64,000 nucleotides of DNA from Candidatus Obscuribacterales bacterium. GTDB taxonomy: Bacteria; Cyanobacteriota; Vampirovibrionia; Obscuribacterales; Obscuribacteraceae. Of the stretch, positions 49,883-58,369 are shown piece by piece (the first letter of the stretch is position 1; every line of letters starts with the position of its first letter). Below the pieces are notes generated by a model, which ran no database searches, was not told the origin of the DNA, and was given only the letters and a program-made list of their open reading frames with translations. The stretch spans positions 1,920,001 through 1,984,000 of the forward strand of contig CBDDIJ010000002.1 of the NCBI GenBank assembly GCA_965228855.1, read 5' to 3'. Position numbers and translations under genes: made by a program.

Positions 49883-50641
49883 ATGACAGACTCAACACCG
49901 GACAATACAAAACCGAAACCGCCAGAACTGAAGGCGGACGATAAGCCCGCGGAAGAGGCGAAACCAGCTGCCGATGCAGCTGCGAAGCCTGAGGAAAAGC
50001 CGACTGACGCTGCTGCTAAACCAGCCGCAGCCGCTCCTGCTGGCGCGAAAGCCGCACCTGCAGCCGCGCCTGCCGGTGCAAAGGCTGCGGCCCCAGCTGG
50101 TGCGAAAGCGCCCGCCGCTCCGCCGGCACCAAAAGAGCCTCTTAAGCCGGGCGTTTTCGGGACCTTCCTTTCGGAGCATGGAATTTCCTCTGAGCGTCTC
50201 GACGATCACGCTGGTGGCGTCGAGTGCATAGTTGTCGCTCCCGAGCACATTCAAAAGGCGTTGAAGCTCTTGCGTGGTTCGGAAGAAACCAAACTCAATT
50301 ACTTGCTCACTGTTTCCGGCGTCGAACAAAAGGAATCGTTCGAGTCGGTCTACCACCTGTGGTCTTACAACAATTTGAACGAGCTCGTTGTGAAAGTGCA
50401 GATCAAAAAAGCTGATGTGCCTGAAGGACAACTGCCGATGGTGCCCAGTCTGTCGCGCTTCTGGAAAGCGGCGAACTGGCATGAGCGAGAGACCTACGAT
50501 CTCGTCGGCATTCGATATCTCGGACATCCTTACCCGAGACGCATTCTCAACACATGGGACTGGGACGGTCATCCGCTCCGTCGCGATTATCTTCAACCGA
50601 TTGATGCGCTTAACGACAAAGCTCCTGGATCTTTCCGCTAA
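49883..50641 (+). CDS. nuoC: NADH-quinone oxidoreductase subunit C (NdhJ) with Ala/Pro/Lys N-terminal extension
   Basis: ANWHERETYDLVGI, GHP, GHPLRRDY. Confidence 0.93.
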   Translation: MTDSTPDNTKPKPPELKADDKPAEEAKPAADAAAKPEEKPTDAAAKPAAAAPAGAKAAPAAAPAGAKAAAPAGAKAPAAPPAPKEPLKPGVFGTFLSEHGISSERLDDHAGGVECIVVAPEHIQKALKLLRGSEETKLNYLLTVSGVEQKESFESVYHLWSYNNLNELVVKVQIKKADVPEGQLPMVPSLSRFWKAANWHERETYDLVGIRYLGHPYPRRILNTWDWDGHPLRRDYLQPIDALNDKAPGSFR

Positions 50642-50661
50642 TGCATAGAGGCAACCGATAA

Positions 50662-51801
50662 ATGACTTCCGCCGATACAGAACTCAAACCATTAAAGACT
50701 GATGAGATGGTCATCAACATGGGACCGCAGCACCCTGCGACCCACGGCGTTCTTCGAATGGTGCTGACACTTGATGGAGAAATCGTCAGACACGCTGAAG
50801 CGGTCATCGGTCACCTTCATAGAGCGCAGGAGTGGCAAGGACAGAACCGTACCTGGTTCCAGTACCAAGCTCTAATCGATCGGGTAGACTATCTTTCCGG
50901 CATGTTTACCTCGCTGGCGATGGCTCGAGCTGCTGAGACTCTTGATGGCGGAGAAATTCCTGAGCGCGCCGAATACCTGCGCGTGATTGTCTGCGAGATG
51001 AACCGCATCACCTCTCACCTTCTCTGGTTGGGAACCTATTTGATCGACTTGGGCGCGATGTTTGGTTTCCCCTTCTATCCTTTTAGAGAGCGCGAAAAAC
51101 TTCTCGATTTGTTCGAAGAGATTGCCGGCCAGCGCATGATGTTTAACTACATCCGCATCGGTGGAGTTCAGCGTGATCCCAAGCCGGATTGGTTTAAACG
51201 CTTAGCTGCGTTCACCAAAGAGTTTCCGGATCGTGTTTCCGAATACGAGGCGATAGTCACAGAAAACCCTATCTTCTTGAAGAGAACAAAGGGCATTGGA
51301 ATTTTGCCATTGGAAACAGCGATGGAGTATGGCGTCACAGGACCGACTTTGCGCGGTTCCGGAAATGCGATGGACCTCCGAAAAGATAGACCCTATTCAA
51401 TCTATCCTAAGCTCGAGTTCCAGACGCACTGGTTCGACAAGCCGGAGGGTGGCGATACCTGGGATCGCTATATGCTCCGCATTCGTGAGATGCGCGAGTC
51501 CAACGAGATAATCAAACAGTGTCTCGACATGATCACCGAAGGACCGATCATGGGCAAAAAACAGATTGCCGGTATGCGTGTGAAAGCCGGAGAAGGTTTC
51601 GCCGCGATCGAATCGCCTCGCGGAACGCTGGGCTGCTACGTCATCTCCGATGGTTCTGACAAACCTTACAGATACAGATGGAGAAATCCCTCATTCTGCA
51701 ACCTGGCTGTTGTTGGTGAGATGTTAGTCGGTTCGCCAATCGCCGACATCATGGCAATTTTCGGATCCGTTGATGTCATCTTGCCTGACGTTGATCGGTA
51801 A
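50662..51801 (+). CDS. nuoD: NADH-quinone oxidoreductase subunit D (NdhH)
   Basis: NMGPQHPATHGVLR, DRVDY, ESPRG, DVDR C-terminus. Confidence 0.96.
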   Translation: MTSADTELKPLKTDEMVINMGPQHPATHGVLRMVLTLDGEIVRHAEAVIGHLHRAQEWQGQNRTWFQYQALIDRVDYLSGMFTSLAMARAAETLDGGEIPERAEYLRVIVCEMNRITSHLLWLGTYLIDLGAMFGFPFYPFREREKLLDLFEEIAGQRMMFNYIRIGGVQRDPKPDWFKRLAAFTKEFPDRVSEYEAIVTENPIFLKRTKGIGILPLETAMEYGVTGPTLRGSGNAMDLRKDRPYSIYPKLEFQTHWFDKPEGGDTWDRYMLRIREMRESNEIIKQCLDMITEGPIMGKKQIAGMRVKAGEGFAAIESPRGTLGCYVISDGSDKPYRYRWRNPSFCNLAVVGEMLVGSPIADIMAIFGSVDVILPDVDR

Positions 51802-51854
51802 GTTGAAACGGAACTCTCGGATACTAAAAGGAAGAACAAGGACAGCATCGAAAA

Positions 51855-53234
51855 ATGATTCCCAACGCACCTGAAATTGGAAAGCTACTTTTCATAATCT
51901 TATTTTGGATTTGCGCAATCTTCCTTCCCGTCTGGCTTGTAGGCTGGGCTGTTGGAGTGATGCTTCCGATGGTGCTTGAGTCAATGTCCTCAGCTCCGGA
52001 GATGACGGTCGTGTGCGACACGTTGAGAGCGCTTACGCCAATCCTCTCCGTGATGGTTTTCATTCCGATCAACGCTATGTTCATGGTTCTCTACGAACGC
52101 CGTGCGCTGGCTCTCTTCACGGTGCGCATGGGACCAAACCGCGTCGGTCCAGACGGTCTTTTGCAAACCGCAGCAGACGCTGTGAAATTGCTATTTAAAG
52201 AAGACATCACTCCCCGCGGTGCCGATGCGTTTATGTTTACGCTCGCTCCCATCATCTTCTTTGCGCCTTCTATCTTCGGCGCCCTGCCGCTCCTGGCAGC
52301 TATCACCGACAACCACAACCTGTTCGCTATTACTAATCTGCCGACCGGTATGTTCTACATTCTGGCAGCCGCCTCAATTCCTGTGGTGGCGCTGGTGATG
52401 GCTGGATGGTCGAGCAATAACAAGTATTCGCTCGTGGGTGGATTGCGAGCCGCGGCGCAAGCCATCAGCTATGAAATCCCCCTTGTGCTCTCGCTCGTCA
52501 CTGTTTGCTTACTGGCTGGAACGCTTGATGTTGTTCAGATTGCAAAACAGCAAGATGGTGGGTTCCTGAACTGGAACATCCTCGGTGGTGGCGCTCTGCG
52601 TGGCGTAAACGCTGCGATTCAAACATCGCTTGCGGGCGGCAACGTTCAAGAAGTCTTAAACACGTTCTATCCAGCAGGCTTTCTGTCCGCCGTCAGTGCA
52701 GTGGTTCTAATCATTTGCGCTCACATTTTGCTCGGACTTTACCTGACCGGCGCCTGTGCTGAAATCAACCGAATTCCGTTTGACTTGCCTGAAGCAGAGT
52801 CAGAACTGGTTAGCGGGTACAACACCGAATATAGTGGCATCAAATTCGCTATCTTCTTCCTGGCAGAATTCACTAACTTGTTTATAGTGTCGAGCATCGC
52901 GACTGTGATGTTCCTCGGAGGCGGCGATAACCCAATCCCGCAGTGGGTTCTCGACAAGCTTCCGCTTGCGCCGATTCAGGCTGCGCTCAGCACCGCACTT
53001 GATCCGTTAATCAACACGCTTCACCTGATCAACCCTGATACATTCTGGGCCGCAATATGGGTGATCGCAAAGGTTTATACCCTCGTATTTGTTGCAATCT
53101 TGATCCGCGGCACCTTGCCACGCTTCCGTATCGACCAATTGATGGACTTCGGTTGGAAACGGCTTGTGCCTTTATCTCTGATTGCATTCTTCCTCGTTAT
53201 ATTCGCTCGCGTTCTGGTGGTATGTCATGGGTAG
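51855..53234 (+). CDS. nuoH: NADH-quinone oxidoreductase subunit H (NdhA)
   Basis: GPNRVG, ADAVKLLFKE, SNNKYSL, SYEIP, RIPFDLPEAESELVSG, LPRFRIDQL. Confidence 0.96.
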   Translation: MIPNAPEIGKLLFIILFWICAIFLPVWLVGWAVGVMLPMVLESMSSAPEMTVVCDTLRALTPILSVMVFIPINAMFMVLYERRALALFTVRMGPNRVGPDGLLQTAADAVKLLFKEDITPRGADAFMFTLAPIIFFAPSIFGALPLLAAITDNHNLFAITNLPTGMFYILAAASIPVVALVMAGWSSNNKYSLVGGLRAAAQAISYEIPLVLSLVTVCLLAGTLDVVQIAKQQDGGFLNWNILGGGALRGVNAAIQTSLAGGNVQEVLNTFYPAGFLSAVSAVVLIICAHILLGLYLTGACAEINRIPFDLPEAESELVSGYNTEYSGIKFAIFFLAEFTNLFIVSSIATVMFLGGGDNPIPQWVLDKLPLAPIQAALSTALDPLINTLHLINPDTFWAAIWVIAKVYTLVFVAILIRGTLPRFRIDQLMDFGWKRLVPLSLIAFFLVIFARVLVVCHG

Positions 53235-54075
53235 CAATTTGATCGGTAGAGCTTTTAGCAGTTTCGCTCGCATCGGCGAGGGTTTGAGAACAGTTCTCAT
53301 GCACTCGTTCCGCGAGCCAATCACCAAGACCTATCCCGACGCGGTTTCGCAATTGCCGCCGCACTTCCGCGGTCGGCTCGGGCTTAACGTCAATCCTGAC
53401 ACGGGCGAGCACCTCTGCATCTCATGCCGTCAGTGTGAGCGCGTCTGCCCTGACAAGTGTATTGAGATTACAGCGCACAAGAGTCCTGATACCAATAAGT
53501 TGGAACTCATCGATTTCAAAATCGATCATGGTCTGTGCATGTTCTGCGGTTTGTGTACTGAGGTATGCCCGACTCAGTGCATCATTAACACCAATGACTT
53601 CGAGATGGCAGATTACACGCGCGAATCGCTGGTGTATGACATCAAGCGATTAACTCTGACGCAAGAAGAATCCGGATATTACTTCGAGCAAAAAGAATTA
53701 CCGAAGCCGAAACCGAAGCCGCCGAAACCGGCTCCGGGCGCTGCTCCTGCAGCACCTGCCGGTGCCAAGGCTGCTGCTCCTGCAGCTGGCGCTGCTGCGC
53801 CGGCTGGCGCGAAAGCCGCTCCAGCTGCTGCCGCTAAACCTGCTGCTGACGCTTCTGCTCCAGCTGCTGATGCTGCTGCAAAACCGGCTGCTGAAGCTGC
53901 GAAGCCAGCGGAAACGAAACCTGAAGCTGAAGCGAAACCCGCTGAAAGCAAACCTGAAGCTCCCGCTGCAAAGCCGGAAACCGCAGAGAAACCCGCTGAG
54001 GCAAAACCGGAAGCGGCAGAGAAGAAAGAAGAAAAAGCCGACACTAAGACTGAAGGCGAAAGCAAGGAAGGTTAA
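53227..54075 (+). CDS. nuoI: NADH-quinone oxidoreductase subunit I (NdhI) with Ala/Pro/Lys C-terminal extension
   Basis: Two CxxCxxCxxxCP motifs; ATG 53227 overlaps the nuoH end. Confidence 0.95.
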   Translation: MGSNLIGRAFSSFARIGEGLRTVLMHSFREPITKTYPDAVSQLPPHFRGRLGLNVNPDTGEHLCISCRQCERVCPDKCIEITAHKSPDTNKLELIDFKIDHGLCMFCGLCTEVCPTQCIINTNDFEMADYTRESLVYDIKRLTLTQEESGYYFEQKELPKPKPKPPKPAPGAAPAAPAGAKAAAPAAGAAAPAGAKAAPAAAAKPAADASAPAADAAAKPAAEAAKPAETKPEAEAKPAESKPEAPAAKPETAEKPAEAKPEAAEKKEEKADTKTEGESKEG

Positions 54076-54080
54076 CGAGC

Positions 54081-54695
54081 ATGGACCAGTACATGATCCT
54101 CAAAGAATACGTTGCCTCGTCATCTGTCGAGACAGCCGTTTTTTACGCAATCGCGATTCTCGCCATAGCGCTTTCGGTCGGTGTTATCTCTGATCGAAAC
54201 GTCATCCGAAGCGGCTTTCTGTTAATCGGTGTTTTTGGTGCCATCTCCGGTCTCTTTCTATTGCTCCAGGCTCAATTCCTCGCGCTGGCGCAAGTCATGA
54301 TCTACGCTGTCGGGATCACTCTCGTGGTAGTAATCGCTCTGATGTTGACCAACCCTAAATCGGAAAAGGACAGCAGCTACGAAGAGAACGCTCCCGCGAA
54401 TCAAGGCGGTTCGATGCTCGGACAACTTCTGAAAGCTAACGGAGCGCTTCCGGCCCTGGTTGGCGTACTCTCATTTTTCACAATCTATGTTGCGATCCGT
54501 TCCGAAAGTTGGGTTTCAACTCAAGAACCAGTCGCTGCGGATAACGTTCGCGTACTTGGTGAGGCGCTCACGACTAAGTATTCGCTACCTTTTGAATTCG
54601 CTTCTGTCCTTCTTTTGGCCGCTCTGATTGGAGCGATTATGCTTGCGAAGGGCGATCCGAAGGTTTCACCTACCGATTCGCCAGTGGAAGAGTAG
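54081..54695 (+). CDS. nuoJ: NADH-quinone oxidoreductase subunit J (NdhG)
   Basis: AQFLALAQVMIYAVG, LPFEFASVLLLAALIGAI. Confidence 0.93.
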   Translation: MDQYMILKEYVASSSVETAVFYAIAILAIALSVGVISDRNVIRSGFLLIGVFGAISGLFLLLQAQFLALAQVMIYAVGITLVVVIALMLTNPKSEKDSSYEENAPANQGGSMLGQLLKANGALPALVGVLSFFTIYVAIRSESWVSTQEPVAADNVRVLGEALTTKYSLPFEFASVLLLAALIGAIMLAKGDPKVSPTDSPVEE

Positions 54696-54736
54696 TTCTC
54701 GAGCTTCTAGTAGACAAGAAATTCCGGAGTAATCAA

Positions 54737-55297
54737 ATGTCAGGTTTCACTAACTCTCAGATCTTCAAAGATGTGCTCTATTCCGGGCTTATCTTCGTTG
54801 CTGTCTGCGCCTTCCTCGGAACGTTCGGTAACCCGGCGACTGCGGATTGGATCCTCAATTATTCGATCGACCTCTACATGTTTATTGCGATAATCCTTGC
54901 CGGTCTTGGTTTTCTCGCCTGGGGAGCGCGATCTTCGACTGTCATCGCCAGTGGTGCTATCGGTTCCTTTATCGTATTCACTGCGACGCAGGACATGCTT
55001 GTCAGATACCTCTCGTTAAGCGCCTTGCTTTTTGCGATTGGAATGTATGGAATGGTGCGCTCTAGAAACGCCGTGCGTGTTCTTATGTCGATTGAATTGA
55101 TGCTGAACGCAGTCAACATCAACCTGATCGCATTCTCTCGCTACATCGACCCGTCTGAAGTTAAGGGTCAACTCTTTGCGATCTTCATTCTCACGGTTGC
55201 GGCCGCCGAGGCTGCGGTGGGTCTTGCAATCGTTCTTTCCGTTTACAGAAATATGTCGACGATCGACATGAACAAATTCAATTTGTTGAAGTGGTAG
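54737..55297 (+). CDS. nuoK: NADH-quinone oxidoreductase subunit K (NdhE) with extra N-terminal TM segment
   Basis: RNAVRVLMSIELMLNAVN, AAAEAAVGLAI, NLLKW; GGAG RBS at the long start. Confidence 0.92.
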   Translation: MSGFTNSQIFKDVLYSGLIFVAVCAFLGTFGNPATADWILNYSIDLYMFIAIILAGLGFLAWGARSSTVIASGAIGSFIVFTATQDMLVRYLSLSALLFAIGMYGMVRSRNAVRVLMSIELMLNAVNINLIAFSRYIDPSEVKGQLFAIFILTVAAAEAAVGLAIVLSVYRNMSTIDMNKFNLLKW

Positions 55298-55320
55298 AAA
55301 GTCGGTTGAAGGTTTTGAAA

Positions 55321-55359
55321 CGCTTAGAAAAACGGCTGTAACGCCCCGTTTTCTGAGCG
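55321..55359 (+). terminator. Stem-loop after the nuo operon
   Basis: CGCTTAGAAAAACGG...CCGTTTTCTGAGCG inverted repeat; no clear U tract. Confidence 0.35.
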
Positions 55360-55599
55360 ATCAGCGAATTATTATACTTTCGCCAAACCTTCGCATTCTG
55401 CAGAGTGACACTAATTTAGTGGTATGAGAGTGGCACGATAAAATCAATCACCCATCTGGGGGATTCTTTGATGCTTAGATCATAACTAAACTAAATACAG
55501 CTCCTTTCGGTGCCTCGGGTGTCTCCTGGTTAACCCCAGTTCGGCAGAATCAATACAGCAGCAACGCCCGCCGTTGCTAGCAGTAACACGGAGTTTTGT

Positions 55600-56307
55600 A
55601 TGAGTCGCAAGCTCAAATTACTAATCGCGGAGGATCATCAGATCCTGCGCATCGGTCTTCGCCTGTTGATGACCGAATGGAGCGATGTCGAGCTGGTCGG
55701 AGAAGCCTCCACCGGCTACGAGGCAATTGAAATTGCCAGTGAGACGCATCCGGACCTGGTAATCATGGACCTCGGCATGCCTCTTCTAGATGGGATCGAA
55801 GCTTGCAAAGTTATCAAAAAGGACCACCCGCAAACCAAAGTGATCGTTCTTACCTCGCATACGGACAGCAGAGATATTTCTGCTGCGCTTTCTGCGGGAG
55901 CGACCGGCTATTGTCTTAAAGACGTCGATAGCGATCGTTTAAAAACGGCCATTCAGTCCGTCGCGAGCGGGGACGTGTGGCTTGATTCAAGGGTAGCAGC
56001 TCAGATCATGTCAACTAAAGTGAAACCATCAGATCCTATTCAACCAAACACCACACCAAGTCAACCCGCGGGAAGCGAACCTGTTCAACCCTCGTCCGTT
56101 CCGGAGATTGAGGCAGATGTTCTCTCTCCGCGGGAACTTGAAGTTCTGGCATTACTTGTCGAAGGTTTATCCAACAAGAAAATCGCCGAGCGCTTATTCA
56201 TAAGTCCTGACACCGTCAAGACTCACATTCGCCACATCATGGAGAAGCTGGCTGCTGCTGATCGCACGGATGCTGCAGTGAAAGCAGTGCGTAACAAACT
56301 GGTCTGA
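55600..56307 (+). CDS. NarL/LuxR family response regulator
   Basis: IAEDH, MDLGMP, LTSH, GYCLK; LSPRELEVL...TVKTHIRHIMEKL. Confidence 0.95.
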   Translation: MSRKLKLLIAEDHQILRIGLRLLMTEWSDVELVGEASTGYEAIEIASETHPDLVIMDLGMPLLDGIEACKVIKKDHPQTKVIVLTSHTDSRDISAALSAGATGYCLKDVDSDRLKTAIQSVASGDVWLDSRVAAQIMSTKVKPSDPIQPNTTPSQPAGSEPVQPSSVPEIEADVLSPRELEVLALLVEGLSNKKIAERLFISPDTVKTHIRHIMEKLAAADRTDAAVKAVRNKLV

Positions 56308-57900
56308 CTATCCGCGACTAATCGACACGGGGAGTCGAACAGTGAATGTGGTCAGGTCTGGATTGCTCCTGCACGCTATAGTGCCGTTAAGGACATTCAT
56401 AATCTGTTGGCAGTAGTATAGGCCCAGCCCGCTGGTCGCCACGTAGCTTTTGCCGGGGGTCCCTCTCCAGAATTTTCTGAAGAGATCTCTCTTGTCTTCT
56501 TGTGCGATGTAATGTCCAGGATTCGAAATTTTGATTGAAACACGCGTGTCGCTTGATTCAATACGCACGGAGATGGTGTCACCTGTAGTGGCAAACTTTA
56601 CCGCATTAGAAATCAGCTCGTCGATAACTTCACGTAATAATCCCGGGTCCGTGTGTAGGCTGGGCTCCACTTCGGATCGGAAGATTTCTACTTTTAGTTC
56701 CTTCTTCTGAATATCATTCTGCCGTTCTGCGATAACTGCGTTGACGATTTCCAGTGGGTTGGTAAGACGCCATTCTGCATCGACGGAGCCGAATTCGACC
56801 CTATATAGATTGAGCAATTTGTTCAAACGATTCAGCAAGACTTTGTTTGAATCGTTGAGAACCAAGATGGCGTTTCTCAGCTCCGCAGTCAATTCTCCTA
56901 CGTTGCCGGCTAAAATATGCTCGAGGATTCTATCTGCACCTTGAACGGGAACGCGTAGATCGTGAGCCAGAGCGCTGTGGAAATCTTCGATCGCTCGCAG
57001 TCTCAAAACCGACTTTTCCGCGCGAAATCGAGCGATTGAATATCGAATGCAGCGCGTTAGGGCATCCGGCGAAATACGTCCTTTAACTAAGTAGTCCTGT
57101 GCTCCACATGCGACAGACTCATCAGCAAGCGGCGTGTCATCGAGAGCAGTCAGTATGAGGATTGGCACCTCCGGTGCCAGATCGTGCACCGCGTGAAACG
57201 TTTTGATCCCCTCGCTGTCTGGTAAGGCCAGGTCTAGCAAAATAATGTCTGGTTCGCAGTCGTTCAGAAACTTTGCTGCTTCACCGAGAGATCGTGCGCT
57301 TAGAATTCCCTTGTTGAAATGTTCGTCGCTGGAGAGGACGGACTGAATGATACTGATGAAAAATGGATCGTCCTCGATGAGGAGTACAAGCTGCCCGCTA
57401 TTTTCCCGAAGTTTCTCGACCTCGTCGAGTTCCGCAGCGGTAGCGTTTGTTAGCAGTCTCACCGTCGAGTCCGACGTTTCCAGCCGATGTTCTAAAACAT
57501 TTGTGTCGGCGGCTCCGCAGGAACTGCGACAAAGTGTGATCGAAGACTTCAGGCTTGTTAACGCCAATTGATCCTCTAGAAGATTTCGCTGCTGGACTAA
57601 CTTTAACTGATCTTCAAGAACGGCGAATGATGCCGAAACCATGCTCAATCCAAGCGTTCCGGCTGTCCCCTTGATACGATGAGCAAGTATGATCGATTCA
57701 GTGACGCGTTCCTTTTGGGAGTTGCGATCCGGCACTCTAAGAAGATCTTCAATCGTATCGATCGATTCGGGAAGTGACTGTAAAAATGATTCTGCAAGTT
57801 CACCCAGCTCTTCTACGAGGCTTGGCGGTAGGACTTTGGCCGTCTCTCCTGAATCTGTTTTAAAACCTGACATGAATTCTCCTGTTGTCATTGCTAACAT
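56308..57900 (-). CDS. Hybrid histidine kinase: Hpt-REC-HisKA-HATPase
   Basis: AHRIKGTAGTLG (Hpt), IEDD/LLDL (REC), AHDLRVP (H box), NAVKF, SGLGL. Confidence 0.9.
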   Translation of the reverse strand: MLAMTTGEFMSGFKTDSGETAKVLPPSLVEELGELAESFLQSLPESIDTIEDLLRVPDRNSQKERVTESIILAHRIKGTAGTLGLSMVSASFAVLEDQLKLVQQRNLLEDQLALTSLKSSITLCRSSCGAADTNVLEHRLETSDSTVRLLTNATAAELDEVEKLRENSGQLVLLIEDDPFFISIIQSVLSSDEHFNKGILSARSLGEAAKFLNDCEPDIILLDLALPDSEGIKTFHAVHDLAPEVPILILTALDDTPLADESVACGAQDYLVKGRISPDALTRCIRYSIARFRAEKSVLRLRAIEDFHSALAHDLRVPVQGADRILEHILAGNVGELTAELRNAILVLNDSNKVLLNRLNKLLNLYRVEFGSVDAEWRLTNPLEIVNAVIAERQNDIQKKELKVEIFRSEVEPSLHTDPGLLREVIDELISNAVKFATTGDTISVRIESSDTRVSIKISNPGHYIAQEDKRDLFRKFWRGTPGKSYVATSGLGLYYCQQIMNVLNGTIACRSNPDLTTFTVRLPVSISRG

Positions 57901-57903
57901 TTG

Positions 57904-58362
57904 CTAACGCATGACTTCCTGAGCGGCCTCATTGAGAGCACCATTGGCGGTGCTAGTTAGAAGACGATTACGAAGTCTATTTGTTTCGAACGTATCCACC
58001 AGGAGTTGGATTTCGTCGGTTAGCGTAGCTGGGTCAAATGGTTTTTGAATTAGCCCGGCTACGCCCATAGCTGTATAGTATTCACTTACCTCCGTCAGTA
58101 CCTTCGCTGACATCATTATTACCGGAATTTCTTCGGAAAGCCCCTGATTTCGCAGAGCCTTCATTGTTGTCGGACCGTCAGAATCAGGCATCATGATATC
58201 GAGTATGACAAGGTCAGGCTTGATCCTCTTCGTGTATTCGAGCGCTTCCTTGACGTTTGTACAATATTCTACGTCCCAGTCTGCCATTTTTTCGAGCACA
58301 AGTTTGACCATCTTGCCGATGATTCGGTCGTCGTCTACGTGCAGAACTGTCTTAATTTTCAT
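57904..58362 (-). CDS. Single-domain response regulator
   Basis: VDDD, ILDIMMPDSDG, MSAK, KPFD. Confidence 0.92.
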   Translation of the reverse strand: MKIKTVLHVDDDRIIGKMVKLVLEKMADWDVEYCTNVKEALEYTKRIKPDLVILDIMMPDSDGPTTMKALRNQGLSEEIPVIMMSAKVLTEVSEYYTAMGVAGLIQKPFDPATLTDEIQLLVDTFETNRLRNRLLTSTANGALNEAAQEVMR

Positions 58363-58369
58363 GACTATT

